Assembly: GCA_030141605.1 (NCBI GenBank)
Contig: JAQGDQ010000190.1
Location: forward strand, 248,001 to 312,000
DNA: 64,000 bases
DNA from: Tubiluchus corallicola
Lineage: Eukaryota > Animalia > Priapulida
Direction of reading: 5' to 3'
The notes below the pieces were generated by a model. It ran no database searches, had not been told where the DNA came from, and saw only the letters and a list, made by a program, of their open reading frames with translations. Numbering within the stretch: the first letter of the stretch is position 1; each line of letters starts with the position of its first letter. Position numbers and translations under genes: made by a program. Positions 11,717 through 25,450 of this stretch are shown piece by piece.

Positions 11717-12761
11717 CTGAAAATAAAATGTCCAATGAGTCAATCGCAAGTCAGAACATGAATTTTGCTTTTCATCAGGAATTATTACCATAAAAAAGCA
11801 GACGAAGAATGATCATTCGTTAATTTTCTGACATAATTTGAACACAGGTATAAGTTTAACACTCAATAATCAGACCACACGTGCAGTATGTTCTCGATAT
11901 TTCCCTTACACGTTTCATTTTTATTCATTACAAAATATTAGAACTTTTTAAAACCAAACGAGCAGTTATAAAATGTGGTTAAACTGAGTACAGACTCAGT
12001 GGCGTGACGGTAAAGACAACATGTTTTGTCCTTGCAATGCACCATGTTCAGTGCCATGCTTGGCCGAATAGCTAAATTAAAGGTGCTCTTAATAAAACGC
12101 AATGGCAATAACATGTGACATATTGTAATTTTCACGGTGCGAAAGTCAACTTGCTGAAGCTGAAGTTGCTGACAAGTCAATGCTGTGCTCAAGAAATCGT
12201 TTATATATAATTCAAGTGCAATTATGAGATTTTCGGAATCTACTCTCGGATTTTATCCGACGCAGAAGTCACACAAAGTAAAATCAATAAACTTAATATC
12301 ATTTGCCGTCTCTCAGTAACTGTCAGTTACACGGAAGGCTTCACATGGCAACACTGCATGCTTCATATTGAGAGAAGCCAATTCAGTGAGAAATTCTATT
12401 ACTCGCAACATCATAGCAAAGAACAAGAAGACGCAATAATTTCCTCGTGGAAACTTGGCAAGTTTTCCTGACAAGACACTTAGAAAACTATAAAGTAGCA
12501 CTATCCAAATACGTGCTAGATATTTTTGAATATTAAACATCATAAACCTTGTTAGGAGAATTGGTGAGTTGCAAACGTAATGGTAGTTTTAATACTAAAT
12601 GCAGCGCCTGACTAAAAATGGCGCTGGAAACAGCAACATTCTCGGCCATTCAGCATAACTTAGCATTTCCAATCTGAGATCGTTCTGTCTAACAATGAAA
12701 TAGTTAGCCAGGACATAAGGGATGAACTTTCAACTTTGGACTGTTTCGACCATTGGGGAAT

Positions 12762-12828
12762 GCCTAGTGGCCTAGTGGTCTAACGGGTGCCCTGTAAGCA
12801 GAAGCTCCCTGGTTCAAATCCAGGCTAC
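12762..12828 (+). mobile_element. tRNA-derived SINE head or tRNA pseudogene
   Basis: A-box TGGCCTAGTGG, B-box GGTTCAAATCC within a CCTGG/CCAGG T-stem, and a TGC-CCTGTAA-GCA anticodon-like arm. Acceptor and D stems do not pair properly. Confidence 0.55.
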
Positions 12829-15694
12829 ATTTTACATTTCTTATCTATCAAGTTTTGTATCAAACTTTCGTTAATTGTGAGTTTGCGTCAACATCAATAA
12901 TACTCTGTACATTAAGATCATAATAATTATTTCTCATCGTTTGATTGGTCAGCATTATTCAGAATGGCCTGTCTGTAGGAGGAGACGTGTAAATATTATT
13001 ACATAGTTCTTATCTAATTATTTGTAAATAAATCACTAGGCCAAAGAATACCATGTAAAACCATTAACAAAGCAATTCAGTGCAAGAGTGCACACGACGC
13101 GCTTGTAATAGAGAGCCCTGCGGGTGTATCACACCTGTCAATTATTTTCACTAGAGCAAAAGCTTTGAATACGGGCTCAAACTGATTTGCCATCTTTAAT
13201 GCAAAAGAACTAACTTGCATCCTTTTCACATAAACGCGGCGCTGCATATTATACATATCAGTGTTTTATCTCTTACTAGCCAGCCTCACATTCGTTTGTT
13301 TGGCTTTGATTTGTAATTGGATCTGACAGAAGAGTCTTATACAGAAGTGGCTAAGGAGAAAAAGGGGATGACTGTAACCGAAATTACCTAACTCCCGATG
13401 CTAGACTACAAACCACCACCAAGCCTACTTTAATTTAAGATTCAAATTAATTTACTCTCCATGTATATGTATAAAATACACTTTGGTTTATTTCCAATTA
13501 ATTTTATCCATCCAGTATTACGTAACCAATGCACAATATAACACGTTTTACGAATCGTGGTTGACATTTTCTTAAATTTACAGCCCATTTACAATGAAAT
13601 AGCATTCCTTCAAGCATTAAAAGCAGTAAATTTATGTTTTTTAAAAAATCTTTAAAACGTCAAATACTTCTGTCTTATATCTAACAGCGAACAACCGATT
13701 TGGATGGTGATTCGTATCAGTCGTATAGCATCCACCGATGCAAGAAATCAGTTGTAGCTAACCTGAATATAGTCATTGTTTTCTTATGTTATGTTTTCTT
13801 TTTGACTTCTTTTTATCTGTTTTCATTCAACTAACTGCTACATAGCTCTTCTTTATTCTGCTCTTTTCTCATTATCTTCATTCTTCATTGTTTATTTCAC
13901 GTTTCATTGTGGCTTAACAAGGTCCCCTTTATAACTACCATGCGGCAAACTTCAACATATAGTACGCTTAGTGAGTCAGAATTTATTTTATCATTTTTTC
14001 AGTTATGAAATAAAAGTTGTACATGTACATGTATTAATGTTGTTTGCTGATGAAATAAACTGATTTTGAATTTGAGTGCACTGCAGTCATACGTAGGGTG
14101 ATGCCTCAGCTTCTAACCTTAACCTTTTGAAAAACTTCAAAATCGTGGGGTCAACACTGCAATCAATAGTTCATTAAGTCTATTGCCATATCATTCCTAA
14201 ATGCAGAAATATTCTATTTATAAATCAAGTTTTTCACATGGCCCTCTTAGTTGTGGAACCCTAACTAGACAATGATTTCCCTGTTAACATTTCAAAATCA
14301 ACACCAGTAGGTCTCTTACCGCTAGCTAATTAATTAGTTTTAAGTGTCTTGATAGATCACAGGTCCCGCTATTCGGTGATTTCTAGAAAAGTGTAATTTA
14401 CATTCAATTATATAACTCAGTACAGCTAGATCTTAGAAACACTTTTTAAGCTTTATGTATGATTCTTCATTCTGGCATTCTGTCAAACATGTAAAAAACG
14501 TAATGCTCTGTATAGTCTCAACGATCATATACTTTTATTTTAAAAACTTTCACTCTAGCGGGCCATTACGTTTTTATGTTAAAGATGGCAAGCCTCAAAA
14601 GAGCTTTCTCAAATCATGTGTAATTGGTACTGGAGTTGTTGTATAGGCTGCAAACATTTCGTAAACTTCTGTCTAATAAAGCAGCTTAAGTAAATGAACA
14701 CAAAAGTAGGATGCGTCAACATAATCAGCACATATACAGACAACTTTCATTTTGACAGCTGCTTCTAAAATAACAAGAACACTTGCTTAGAAAAACTTCG
14801 TTTAAGAACGCTGCGTATGCGTTAAGAACGTTCGTAAGACCTATAGTCCCATAGCGAGAGGTTTATTCTCATGCATGCGTGCATATGTATTATGTAAAGG
14901 GTGATACGTTAATGTTCAAAGAAAATTAAGTATGTTATACACAGAATACATTTTTGTGCATATTTGGGATTTCATTATAGTATGTTAAGAAGTACGCTAA
15001 CACAGATTTCACAGTTCTACTTATTTCGAATCAATATTCTAAAGAATCTAAAGTCTTAAGCCACGCAATATACACCTTTGTTTCAAGATAACTGTACCGC
15101 GCATTTGTTTACACTGGTTATCTACAGTATTATGTTTTAATAAAAAGAAATCAACAGAGTGACATTTGACCTGAAATTCCGGTTAACCTATTCACTAACA
15201 GTGGCAAGTACAGAAGTACTTCAACAAGATTACGTATACCTCAATGTTATCACAAGTTCGCGTGCAAGCGTACAATTAATGCTGAAGTCGTTTAATGAAA
15301 TATATGCAGCACTATATAATTACTATGGCGCGCTCAGTCGAGTATTATAAACGTGTGCTATAATAATGAATTGCTTTGTCCTGGGCATGCTTTGCTAATA
15401 AAGAGTGTTTATGCGCTGGGTTATTATAATACACCAATCTATCAAGTCGGGAGTTAGAATCTGTTTGAGTGAGATTGTATTTACTATGAGGTAAATTTGC
15501 CTTATCACAGGAACACCTGAACGCAGGAGAGAGGAAAGATTATAACTTATTCATGTACAATGATTATAGTTATGTACCTAAAGCATATACTATCCTATAA
15601 CTTGTCGTTTTAAAGAGTAAATTAAATTTACATTAACCATTTAATGACATTTATATATTCGTTGTAAAAAATATTTTTCTATAATAATTTACAC

Positions 15695-15822
15695 CAAAAC
15701 ATATGGGACGCTATCCACTTTCAAAGGAGAGACTTGCAGCATCATACCTAATTACATTTTAGCAATTTATTTTTAAAATGTTTAGTTCTCTCCATTGAAA
15801 GTGTCTTGTCCCACGTGTTTTG
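15695..15822. mobile_element. Small MITE-like element with ~37-bp imperfect inverted repeats
   Basis: CAAAACATATGGGACGCTATCCACTTTCAAAGGAGAGA (15695-15732) versus the reverse complement of 15787-15822, CAAAACACGTGGGACAAGACACTTTCAATGGAGAGA. Confidence 0.55.
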
Positions 15823-18800
15823 CAGAATACACTTTACAACGTCTGTGTTACAGCTGATTGAAATATTACTGAACTTATGAAAAACGAGTAAAACTTAAAA
15901 TTAATGGGTGTACAGTGCTCACAGAATCACAGTATATGTGGTGATACTTTTGCAATGATTGGGCAAAAAGCAAGTCAAAATAAGTTTTTTGCTTGTGTTT
16001 TTTTATTTCTGTCAAAATGATCCATTAACTTGTAATAATTTCTGACAAAAATACTTATTAGAGCTAACAGGTTCTTGTCGCTTTATTGCCACGAACAGAA
16101 GTAAAGAGTTCGAACAACGTAGAAAGATGCATCTGTAAGATCAGGCTTTCAATACAACCAAGCGCTCTGCAGGATGAGCCTTCTTAAAATGAAAATGAAT
16201 GTAGTAGGGCTGTGGTACAAAAGAAATTTATCAATGTGTCTGCCCGAACCGCAATGGGACAGGATTTTTTCTCCAAATCTTGTCATTTGAAGCAACTAAG
16301 TACACACAGATGCACAGATTCCACACACTCGTGAGTCTCTGCACAGCGCATGCATAATGCAATAATGGGAATGGGATAAAAGGAAACAGTCTGAGCTACG
16401 AATGGATGGTCACATTATTCATTGAAACAAGTTGGTTACTTAATTCCAAGCCACGTGAAAGCAGTCACTTTTTCACAAGTGAAATAATAGTACATTTTTG
16501 GAATACCAATTACTAAACTCAGTTCTACTGTACACTACAAAAACTTTTAAATCTAACAGTTATCTTTAGAGCAATGAGTGACCTATATGACACCCCCGGT
16601 TTGGGGCATCCCTTGAGCTTTACATCACTCTTTACATGATCAATAGCTCTTCCACATTGCACCAGACTCCATTTTCTTGCAAGCGGACATTATTATATTA
16701 TTACTCATGCTGCATATTTAAAGTAATTGAGTGAGTTGATGAGAATGAAGTTGAACGTGAGCTCCGAAACTACACATTAATTGCAAAGTTCTGTAATAAT
16801 TACTTATGACGAAAAGCATTCATACATAAATTACTTCACCTGGATCAGTAAAAGCTAGGCCATTTCGTATTAGCTAACCCGAAGAAATCTTGTTCAGGAC
16901 GAAAACCAGTGAACGAAACGAAAATAAGCTCAACCAATCTATTTGTGCAAGTACAAGGCTAAACGCTTACTTAAACTACAATATCATATGTCATACATGT
17001 ATGATGTGGCATGAATAGTAAGTGTACACAGTAATGTTTATTTGAGAGATAACATAATTGGCAGCAAGTAAATATGTAATATCCTGAAGTGATGTTACAA
17101 AATCAGCCGTGTTGGCTTTTTGATAACAATGATATTTACATAAGAGTTGCTCCGTTACAGTGGGGCGGTACTATTTTGTTGCTTCTTTCTTTTGCAACAA
17201 AAACAGCACACGCAAATTGAAGAAACGTAAAACTAATTGAACAGCTTATTACAACAGCAGACTGACTGCGATGATGGATAATTACTGTTGAATGACCACA
17301 TTATCATCATCATCGGTGCAATGCTCCAAATAATTCGTTCATTTTACCAATGATCAAACTGTTTCAAATGTTTGATTGGGTAATGCTTTATTCAGTGAAC
17401 ACATGAGGCTTCAACTCAACTCAATCGTGTTATCGTTTTGGTGTTGTCTTATCTTTTCATTTATTACGTTAACTTGCAAAAAAATCGTTTAATTACACCA
17501 ACAAAAGATCGAGCAAATCTAACACAAACCACGCCATTGATACATGTGGGATTTCAAAGTTTTCCATTCAGCGTGTTTGCCTAGTGAATGTTCAGCGCAA
17601 TTCAGCACGTTCACTTGCGCGAAAAACAGTAATTTTATCAGCAGCAGCTGTTGATTTGTCATTAAACTGACAGACGCAAATTACATATTTCTGTGATAAA
17701 CTATTCGATCAGTGGACGGTATATACGCAATAATTTCACCTGATGACAAACAGTTATTCTTAATAAAAGTAACAGTTAGAGTACTGCATAATGAAATAAG
17801 CCATCGAGCTCAGTGCATATAATCAGCTTGCTGTAATTCAGACACGCCTACGCGGAATAATTAAGACCTGGGTTTCGTTTGATATTTTATGCCATAGCTT
17901 TTCTATACGGCTCGACACATTGTACCCCAAATTCAGCACTCAATGGCCTAATGTAGATTACCGTGGCAAGATTGGAATCTAGCTCATTATATTTTATGAG
18001 ACATGAACTGGCAGAAGTGTCTCACCAATATTTGGGTCATATACCGTGTCCCTCGATGAGCCTCACAGAATTACTCACTGACTAGATTTAACACTAGTGC
18101 CTGGTCACTTATTCCACTTGCTTAGAAACTTTGGGGATAATGCAAAACTGGTTACGTACGCATGTTCTTCAGTATTTAATACTATTCATTTATATATCTC
18201 TCTTGATATGGCCTGTGGCGACAGGCCGGCCAGCGATGTATCTTTCGGAAAGACGCAACACTTTTCATATGAATGTAGATTAAAATGCGTTCAATTTCTG
18301 CATGTATGAGTAGAATAAACGAACAGTGAACAGTGTACCAAACTGGTTAGGTACGTTCAGCCCCCCCCCCGGTAGTAACATTGTTTTGACAGATGTACCA
18401 TATTGGCGTACTTCTAGCAAAGTGAAATTCCACTACCCAGTCAAATACCAACGCCAAGAGAAGCGGAACGGAAAGGTTAACGCTTTAATAATAACAGTAT
18501 AATGGATCACTGATCGTAATTTATGAACTATAAGCTAACAGTCACTATTATGATCTTGATCAGATTTGGCAGAATTTTGCCAAAGCACTAAGTCAGTTCT
18601 TAACCGAACTCATATTGTACAAAATTGTTGGTAATGGGCTCTTTGTATTTGCTGTAATTATAAAGGGTGTCATTTCACAATTCCCATACCACTTACTTTG
18701 TTTATAAATTTCGCACACGCAAACAGATACAAGCCATTGTATAATCAAGTACAACTGCGTACTACAATATAGTAAGTAGTTCCTGTCAATAAGAATTTTT

Positions 18801-18890
18801 AAGCTTTTTACTCGGTACAGCTGTGTTACACTAGTCCTGAAAGTTCATTACATATACATGCATTGCATATACACTGTAAAAGTAGCATAT

Positions 18891-18968
18891 GGAAAAAATG
18901 TAAAATGGTAAAAATGGATAAGGAAAAATGGCACAGAAAAAAGGGTCAAATGGAAAAACATGGCACAC
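18891..18968. repeat. AAAATGG(CAC) motif array, probably a DNA-transposon subterminal repeat
   Basis: About six AAA(A)TGG-like units. A degenerate inverse (GTGTCATTTTCC) lies at ~19390. Confidence 0.45.
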
Positions 18969-19019
18969 TTATAAAATATAAATTCAGTGAAAAGGCTACT
19001 GTGATATATTTTATTTATC

Positions 19020-19280
19020 TTTACCTCTGCTAAGGATCTTATGCTTGTTTTTTCTGTCAGTAAGCCTATTATGCAAAAACTACGTAACGGATTTCCACGA
19101 AACTAAGAAGGTGTAAAAGCAAAAAAGCTGCATTTTGACACAAATTCCAGGGGGTGAAAACCCCCCAATTGGCCGTTTTTCGCTCGTTCTTTTTTACAAA
19201 AGTTGATCAAGTACAGAAACATTCGTGAAGCACTTCGTGGATATCTCAGAGTGAGTGTTATTGCACTCTGGGAAAAAAAT
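19020..19280 (+). mobile_element. Possible non-autonomous Helentron/HINE-like element
   Basis: TTACCTCTGCTAAGGA..TTATG..TCTGTCAG..ATTATGCAAAAACTAC..AACGGATTTCCACGAAACT resembles, from memory, the core of HINE/DINE-1-like repeats. There is a terminal hairpin CAGAGTG..CACTCTG at 19247-19270. Confidence 0.4.
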
Positions 19281-22200
19281 GACTTGACTATAAGATACAG
19301 TACTTCTTTTTTATTATCTCTATCGACACAAACAACGACGAGTTAATTCTAGGTTCCATTTCGAAAAATTTTCGTTTGGAAAGAAAAAAGTGTCATTTTC
19401 CTGTACGATTTCCTACACGTTCCGACACAGGCTGCAATGAAAAATCACCAACATCGCAATATCGCCGAAATTAACTAGTGCATGTTGCTATATAGTTTGT
19501 ATTTGCTCAAAGAACTGTTTGACAGAAAAAAGAATGATTTCAGTATACATGTATAAACTTTATTCTGTAAATTTAGCAGCAAAAACATTTATTAAATATT
19601 TTGACTGTCAATTATTAACATTTTACAGCCGTCGTTAATACACCCACTTTTATGTTTGCAATTTAATCATTTACACATTACTAAGTATCGAGCAATTTAC
19701 ACCAAATTGACATGAATTGCATAATGTCTGGTTAAAAGAAAAATTAAAAAGCTTATTGCTATAATATTCTGAGCAACATTTGCCACCGATTTACGCCGCG
19801 TAATTACCGCGAATAAAAACAACGCTGTGTTTTATTAATCACGCAGTTCAGACTCAAATAATTACGGCTTCCTATGGCGGATCTACGCATCTGAGGAAAT
19901 ACACTACCACTTAGCTGTGTGTAAAGAGAAACTTCGCTTATTAGAAGTGTAAAAATTTCAAAAAACGAAATCGTGCTGAAATAGTTGAACGCCTTGTTTC
20001 AAAGCAAAAGAAACAAGTCAAGTAACCCATTTTTGTGATCATGCATCCCGATTAGATGCGGTCTCACGACCAACAAGATCCGCCCTCGGTTTGCTGTCGG
20101 GATGAAAGCCACAATCATGGCGAAGTTTTTCACCATTCTTAAAACAAGCAGCCCATTTTGCGGCTATGTTGACACAGCTAGTAAAATAAACAAATCTACT
20201 CGAGTATTTAAGGCATCAACTACACACCAGCTAACTGTAGGGGCGAGTCCAGTACCGGGTGTGTTATCGCAACAGGAAAAATGCATCTTCAGTAACTGCA
20301 ATCTTGGCTCCGCTTAAAAATATTATGCAGAATCTATCGTTGAAACGCTGAGCTCGTAAATTCGATATTTCTCCAGTTAGCGGTGATTACTTAGCCGTTT
20401 GAAAAAAATTCTCTGCCGTTTTGGATCCGGTTTAAGCTGCTGGTGTCGGTTGAACTGTCATTATTCACACTAGAATGGTTAGAACCGTCAGGCTTACATG
20501 AATTATTATGTTAGCACGGAGGAAAAAACTTGTGAAAACGCGGCAGTCAGTCCAATTTAATAATCGATTGAAACAACTGCCAGTTTACGACAAGGGAAGT
20601 AGGATATACATTGTCAAGCAATATTTTATTTCACGATGAATTTAACCGTATCATTATGTTCGTGGAACCACGCTAAAAAAGTAATCGAGGTTTTTTTTGG
20701 ATTGCCACTGTCATTCTAGCTGTTGCTGCCTAAAATGCGAATGCAGCTTTATATAAAAAAAGGGAACGCAGATTACAAATTAGATCGAATACTGAAGCAG
20801 AAAAAAATTATTTCATCAATAATATACACTTCACTTGTGTTAGACGAGTGAAATACTACAAGATCTAAGTTAATCTTGGAAAGATAAAGAACAAACAAAA
20901 CATTAATGGTGTGTCAGTAATAAAGTAAAGTCTAGCCGTATCTCAACACCTACAGAACTTACCGTAACTCCTACAGAAAGCTATTATTGTGCAATTTGTT
21001 AATATGTCATGTTAATAAGCAATAGGTCTCGCCAAATCTACACAACTTTGAAAGAGATGAGCTCAGACAACTATTAGCTCAATACAAGCATCCTAGCTCT
21101 TAATATGAAGGACTATTTTTGTGGATAAAAATGTGATGAGAAAATTATTGAGCACCTATTCTACTAAGACTGTACTATTAACTAGGCGCAGGCTAGCTTC
21201 AAGTCGAGAGAATTCCTGGAGAACGAAGGAAAGCATTCAGCCGAAATTACATAAATAATATTTCCATAATGTTAATCAAACTCCTAAAATCACTTTACCT
21301 AGATATAAAAACACGATTAGGTATAAAAGATAGCAACCAAAGTTTACTGCAGCTTCTGTTAGGTGTTAGCATAAGCATAATAACAAATTCGTGGTTGGTT
21401 ACAGCAGCGCTGTAAGAATCTGCATAAATGAATTTAGTGTAACCCCCACGTCGTAAGGAAGGGCTTGAGAATGGCTAAGAACTCTTTATGCAAACTTTGT
21501 CCCTACTCCAACTAGCGATTTTACACTGCTTTCTCACCATGAATAACACACATGTCGCTAACAGACTTCAAAATTATCTGCACACTTCCTATGTACATTT
21601 ACAAGGTGTTCCTCTGTTTGCAAAACGTTTAAACAAAAAAGTAGAAAAGCGGGGTGAACTCTTCTCTAAGCACTGAAATTGGACAATTTAAAATTTATAA
21701 CATTGTACAAGGCGTATAAAGATTACACTGAGGACTGCAGATTATAGGAGAAATCAATATAGAAGCTTGTGAGAACTAGTCAACTAGTGAACAACTGACA
21801 AGTTTAATGCACTTGCGCAAAAGCAAGACTGCCACCGAGAAAAATAAACAGGAAAAATCGTATAAACAAAACAAACGGCAAGAGCATTAACAATAAAGCA
21901 TACAAAAGTTACCGCCATTCTGCACATCTATCTAAAGTAGCTTTGAAAGATCTTCTTTTGGTAACTCTGGAGTGAATTGACTTCAAAAATACACGGAATT
22001 ATAAAGTACATTCTTCATTTCTTCAACAAACAATAGCCGTTAACAAAAATGTGCCATCAAAGGAATCACAAACTATGACTTCGCAAAATAGAATAACTAC
22101 TTACAACATATACTGTGTATACATGTATTAGAAATGTAAAAAAATATTTAGACATCTTCCAAGGACTTGTCAACTGTGATGAACGTGTAATTTGAGAAAC

Positions 22201-22639
22201 AGTTCCACTGAAGCAGTAAAAAACCGTTGCATAACAAACTGTTGCGATGTATTAATTACCGTTTTTCACCTTGAGCCAAGTGTGTCATAGAGATTCGCTG
22301 GCTATGCAGAGACCATTCTCAAAGTCATGAAATAATTTTGGGCGTTTTCACATCAGTCACTAACTCAACAAGCAGGTTATCATTAATGTGATTTTTTTCT
22401 CCGTACAGATTAACATTTAGTGCTAAACGCAGTTCAAAATCATCAGTCACTTTCGCCATTGCTGATGCCTGATGACATCGATTTAAAACGAAGACAAAAA
22501 TCTAGTATGAAGAATTTAAATTATCCCTGATGTTGTAGTATAGATTAAGTCCTAGTATTGACTCCATGCTCTGTCAACGCCTTTAAAAAGTGGTTTTGCC
22601 CTAATTGACGTCTAACATTATGTCAGTCATTTTCGTTGA

Positions 22640-22942
22640 CTGCCCAATCAGCGTGCAAATTATTTCACCCCTGCAGCAGGTACGTTCGGGACATTTAGCT
22701 ACAGCTCCGTGTTTGTGCTTATGAAACAGAGCAATCAGTTTATCTGCTGATTAAACATTAGTTGTGACTGTCATGTTGTTTAGTTTAGTTTAGTTTAGTT
22801 TAACTTAGACAATTATTGTTGTCCTGCGTGAGCTGCTATCCCGAATGCTGTTGAGCGTGCTTACGTTGCAGCGGGGGCGGAGGGATAGCCCAATAAATTT
22901 GACGTCAATTGGGAACAAGTAGGTGCACAACGTGGGCGGGGT
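22640..22942. promoter_or_regulatory. Cluster of promoter-type motifs in RERE intron 1
   Basis: CCAATCAG (~22645), GGGCGG (22875 and 22934), and TGACGTCA (22900-22907) bracketed by CCCAAT and ATTGGG. Confidence 0.3.
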
Positions 22943-23090
22943 TACCTGGAACACAGTCTCATCCTTCAGTTACTCATGGATTATGCATTGTGCCAAAAAA
23001 GCTTTTCCATAGTCTATATGGACTTTAGTAAAGCGCACGACTTTTAGGATTTTGTGGATTTAAGAATCAGGCATGGTCATCAATGCAGAG

Positions 23091-23905
23091 AATACAAAAT
23101 TTATGGTGGTGAACGGGTGAATAGGGACTACACTTATTTGGACTACACTGTTTTTACTCAAGATGGGTTGCCTCAAGCTGCTGTTACGGAAATTTTAAAT
23201 CCAAGCAACTACACGTGACGAAATTTATCTATTTTGCAAGCAAGAACATTGACTTTCCATTTTAGAATGAACGTAAAGAGCTAGAATCTGCATTGCTCTC
23301 GTCTATACTTCATGGGTATGGAGCCTGTATATGCAATGCTCGTATTGAAGAAGTCGCATATCGCATTACTATCAAAGCTCTACTGGGGGTTCGAACTTCT
23401 ACCTCAAACGACGTGTAATTTTTAAAACTTGGTATTAATTCACTTGGTATACCTTCACTTGAAGTGAGGGTCAACGTACAAAATGTACAAAAAGTTTGTT
23501 TCGAAATTGGTAAACTACCGTCGAGCTATAACGGATGACCCGTTTACTTTGGCACGGAATTTCTGTAAAGATGTACGAACAAAGGTATATAAATAAAATA
23601 GTGTTAAATGTAGTAAAACTAGTAAACTGCGGATCATATACAGACAAATGTAGAGAGACGAAAGATCTATGTCTGGGATTCTGACCGTACAAAATGCAAG
23701 ACTTATTTGGAAAAGAATCCCAGCTTGCCAGTTTATGGGAACACAGAATACCTGAGCACAAACGTATAATCACCACAAGAATATGATTCTCATCCTGCAA
23801 TTTTGCTATAGAAACAGGTCGTTGGGCAAATACACCTAGTGAGCAGCGGTTGTGTACTCGCGGAAAAATGCAGACTGAAGAACACTACTTGTGCGAGACA
23901 TAGCG
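23091..23905 (+). mobile_element. Degenerate non-LTR retrotransposon ORF2 3' fragment (post-RT region and C-terminal zinc knuckle)
   Basis: Broken frames give NTKFMVVNG, YTYL, LESALLSSILHG..IKALLGVRTSTSNDV and IPEHKRIITTRI*FSSCNFAIETGRWANTPSEQRLCTRGKMQTEEH, which fits the RLSSH.L.IETGRW..RLC.CG..QTEEH motif. Confidence 0.8.
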
Positions 23906-24550
23906 AGTGCCCTGGAAATGCGCTCCATAGATATGCGCTTAATTATAGCAACATTGGAAATTCATTCATTCCATGGAGAATTATTTGAAATTGGAAATTT
24001 CATTTATGATTGTATGCGTAAGACTTTGAACTAAATATTATAGGTTTTTGTTACATGTCATATAATTGCATGATTTGTGATTATCACGTAAGTAGAAAAT
24101 TTCACACAAATAGGTGCAAATAGTTGTTAATACTAGCTTCACAGATTTTCCAAATAATGTACTTGCTCTGAACCCCCACTGATTTCAAAGTTCGTGTATC
24201 TGTGTAAATAATTTGTGCAGTTATGTTCGGTCTGATGTTTGGCATAATCTAAAAATAATTACCTGGGCTCTGCCCGCTGAAAAACCATCGGATATTCGTT
24301 GATAATGTAAAAATGTTTTCATGTAAAAATTTAATTTTCAGAAATAAAATATGTGACTATGTATCTAAGTCTAACTAATACTAAGTCTACTTAGGAAATG
24401 TATAAAGACAGTCACACTGACGAAGCACAAATAAATTGAAATAAACATATTTTTTCACACCTGTTGAATATATACATGTAAACTACAATTACAACTATAG
24501 TATAAGTGTCATGTTGCTACGCGTAGGTTAGATACCTAAAGCATACATAC

Positions 24551-24863
24551 CTCCAGGTTTGTACACCTCCCCGTTTGGAGCCTCATACATGATAGGTTCA
24601 CCTTTCTCATTAAATTTACAACACTTCGCTTTCGGATATTTCGCGCTGTAGTCATATGCATCAGCCATATCCGCTCGCTTCCGCTTTGAAGAAGCCAATT
24701 TCGAGTCATTATCGACCGCAGTTTCCGAATTACTCTCCGAGGAAGCGTTTTCCAACCTGCTACAAGTCTCCTCGTTTTTCTGTTTTTCCGGCGACTTTTG
24801 TTTCAAAGTTTCACCCAGTTTCTGTTTAACGTTATCCGATTTGCCGTCGCCATTTTTTGCCAT
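24551..24863 (-). CDS. RERE: RERE/atrophin (arginine-glutamic acid dipeptide repeats protein-like) coding exon 1
   Basis: MAKNGDGKSD...KGEPIMYEAPNGEVYKPG|gtatgt. A charged low-complexity N-terminus is followed by similarity to RERE GEITSYITEDDVVYRPG. The phase-1 donor splices in frame to 11716 across a 12,834-bp intron. Confidence 0.85.
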
Positions 24864-25450
24864 GATGCTTTTTGCTGTCGTAAGACGCACCGTCAATTTA
24901 ATCCAGTTTGTGTGTTCTGCTTTATTTACACACGCCTCTCTACCTCATGATTTAATCACGCACAATGAGGTCGATAATGTAAGGCTAATCTACAGCTACA
25001 GCTCAGTCACACTTAAGAGATAATCAATGTCTGCTATATCCAAACTTTTCATATCTGCACGAGCAATCTTCTTTGTGCAAGTCATGACAAGTGTTTTTCT
25101 TAGTCTGCGCTATCAGCCACGTGAATAACATCACCAAATAAGTTTTAGGGAGCTGTTCGTTAGTCTTAACGTTTATCGAAACAAAACTGTTCTACACCCA
25201 GCAGAGTGCATAAACCGGAATATGAGGGAATATGCGTGCAGAGACGCCTGTTTTCAACATGTGTCTGTAGTAAGTTTACACTGCAGCACCGGAAAACTAT
25301 CTGCACAGTAAATGGACACTGACTCTGGAGGAGTGGTAGCGTTGTCAGAAAAGATACATAGTTTCCTGTGACAAACTAGACATCTTGTTTAGCTGGAAAA
25401 AGTCAAAAAAGTTACAAGGTTTGAACAGTATAAGAGTTCAGTTACATATA

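Noticed and set aside
12762-12828. Functional tRNA gene
   Set aside because: Acceptor and D stems do not pair and the anticodon loop lacks U33, so it is treated as a SINE or pseudogene.
23471-23800. 109-aa minus-strand ORF as a RERE exon
   Set aside because: It is the antisense frame of a plus-strand LINE fragment and has no RERE similarity.
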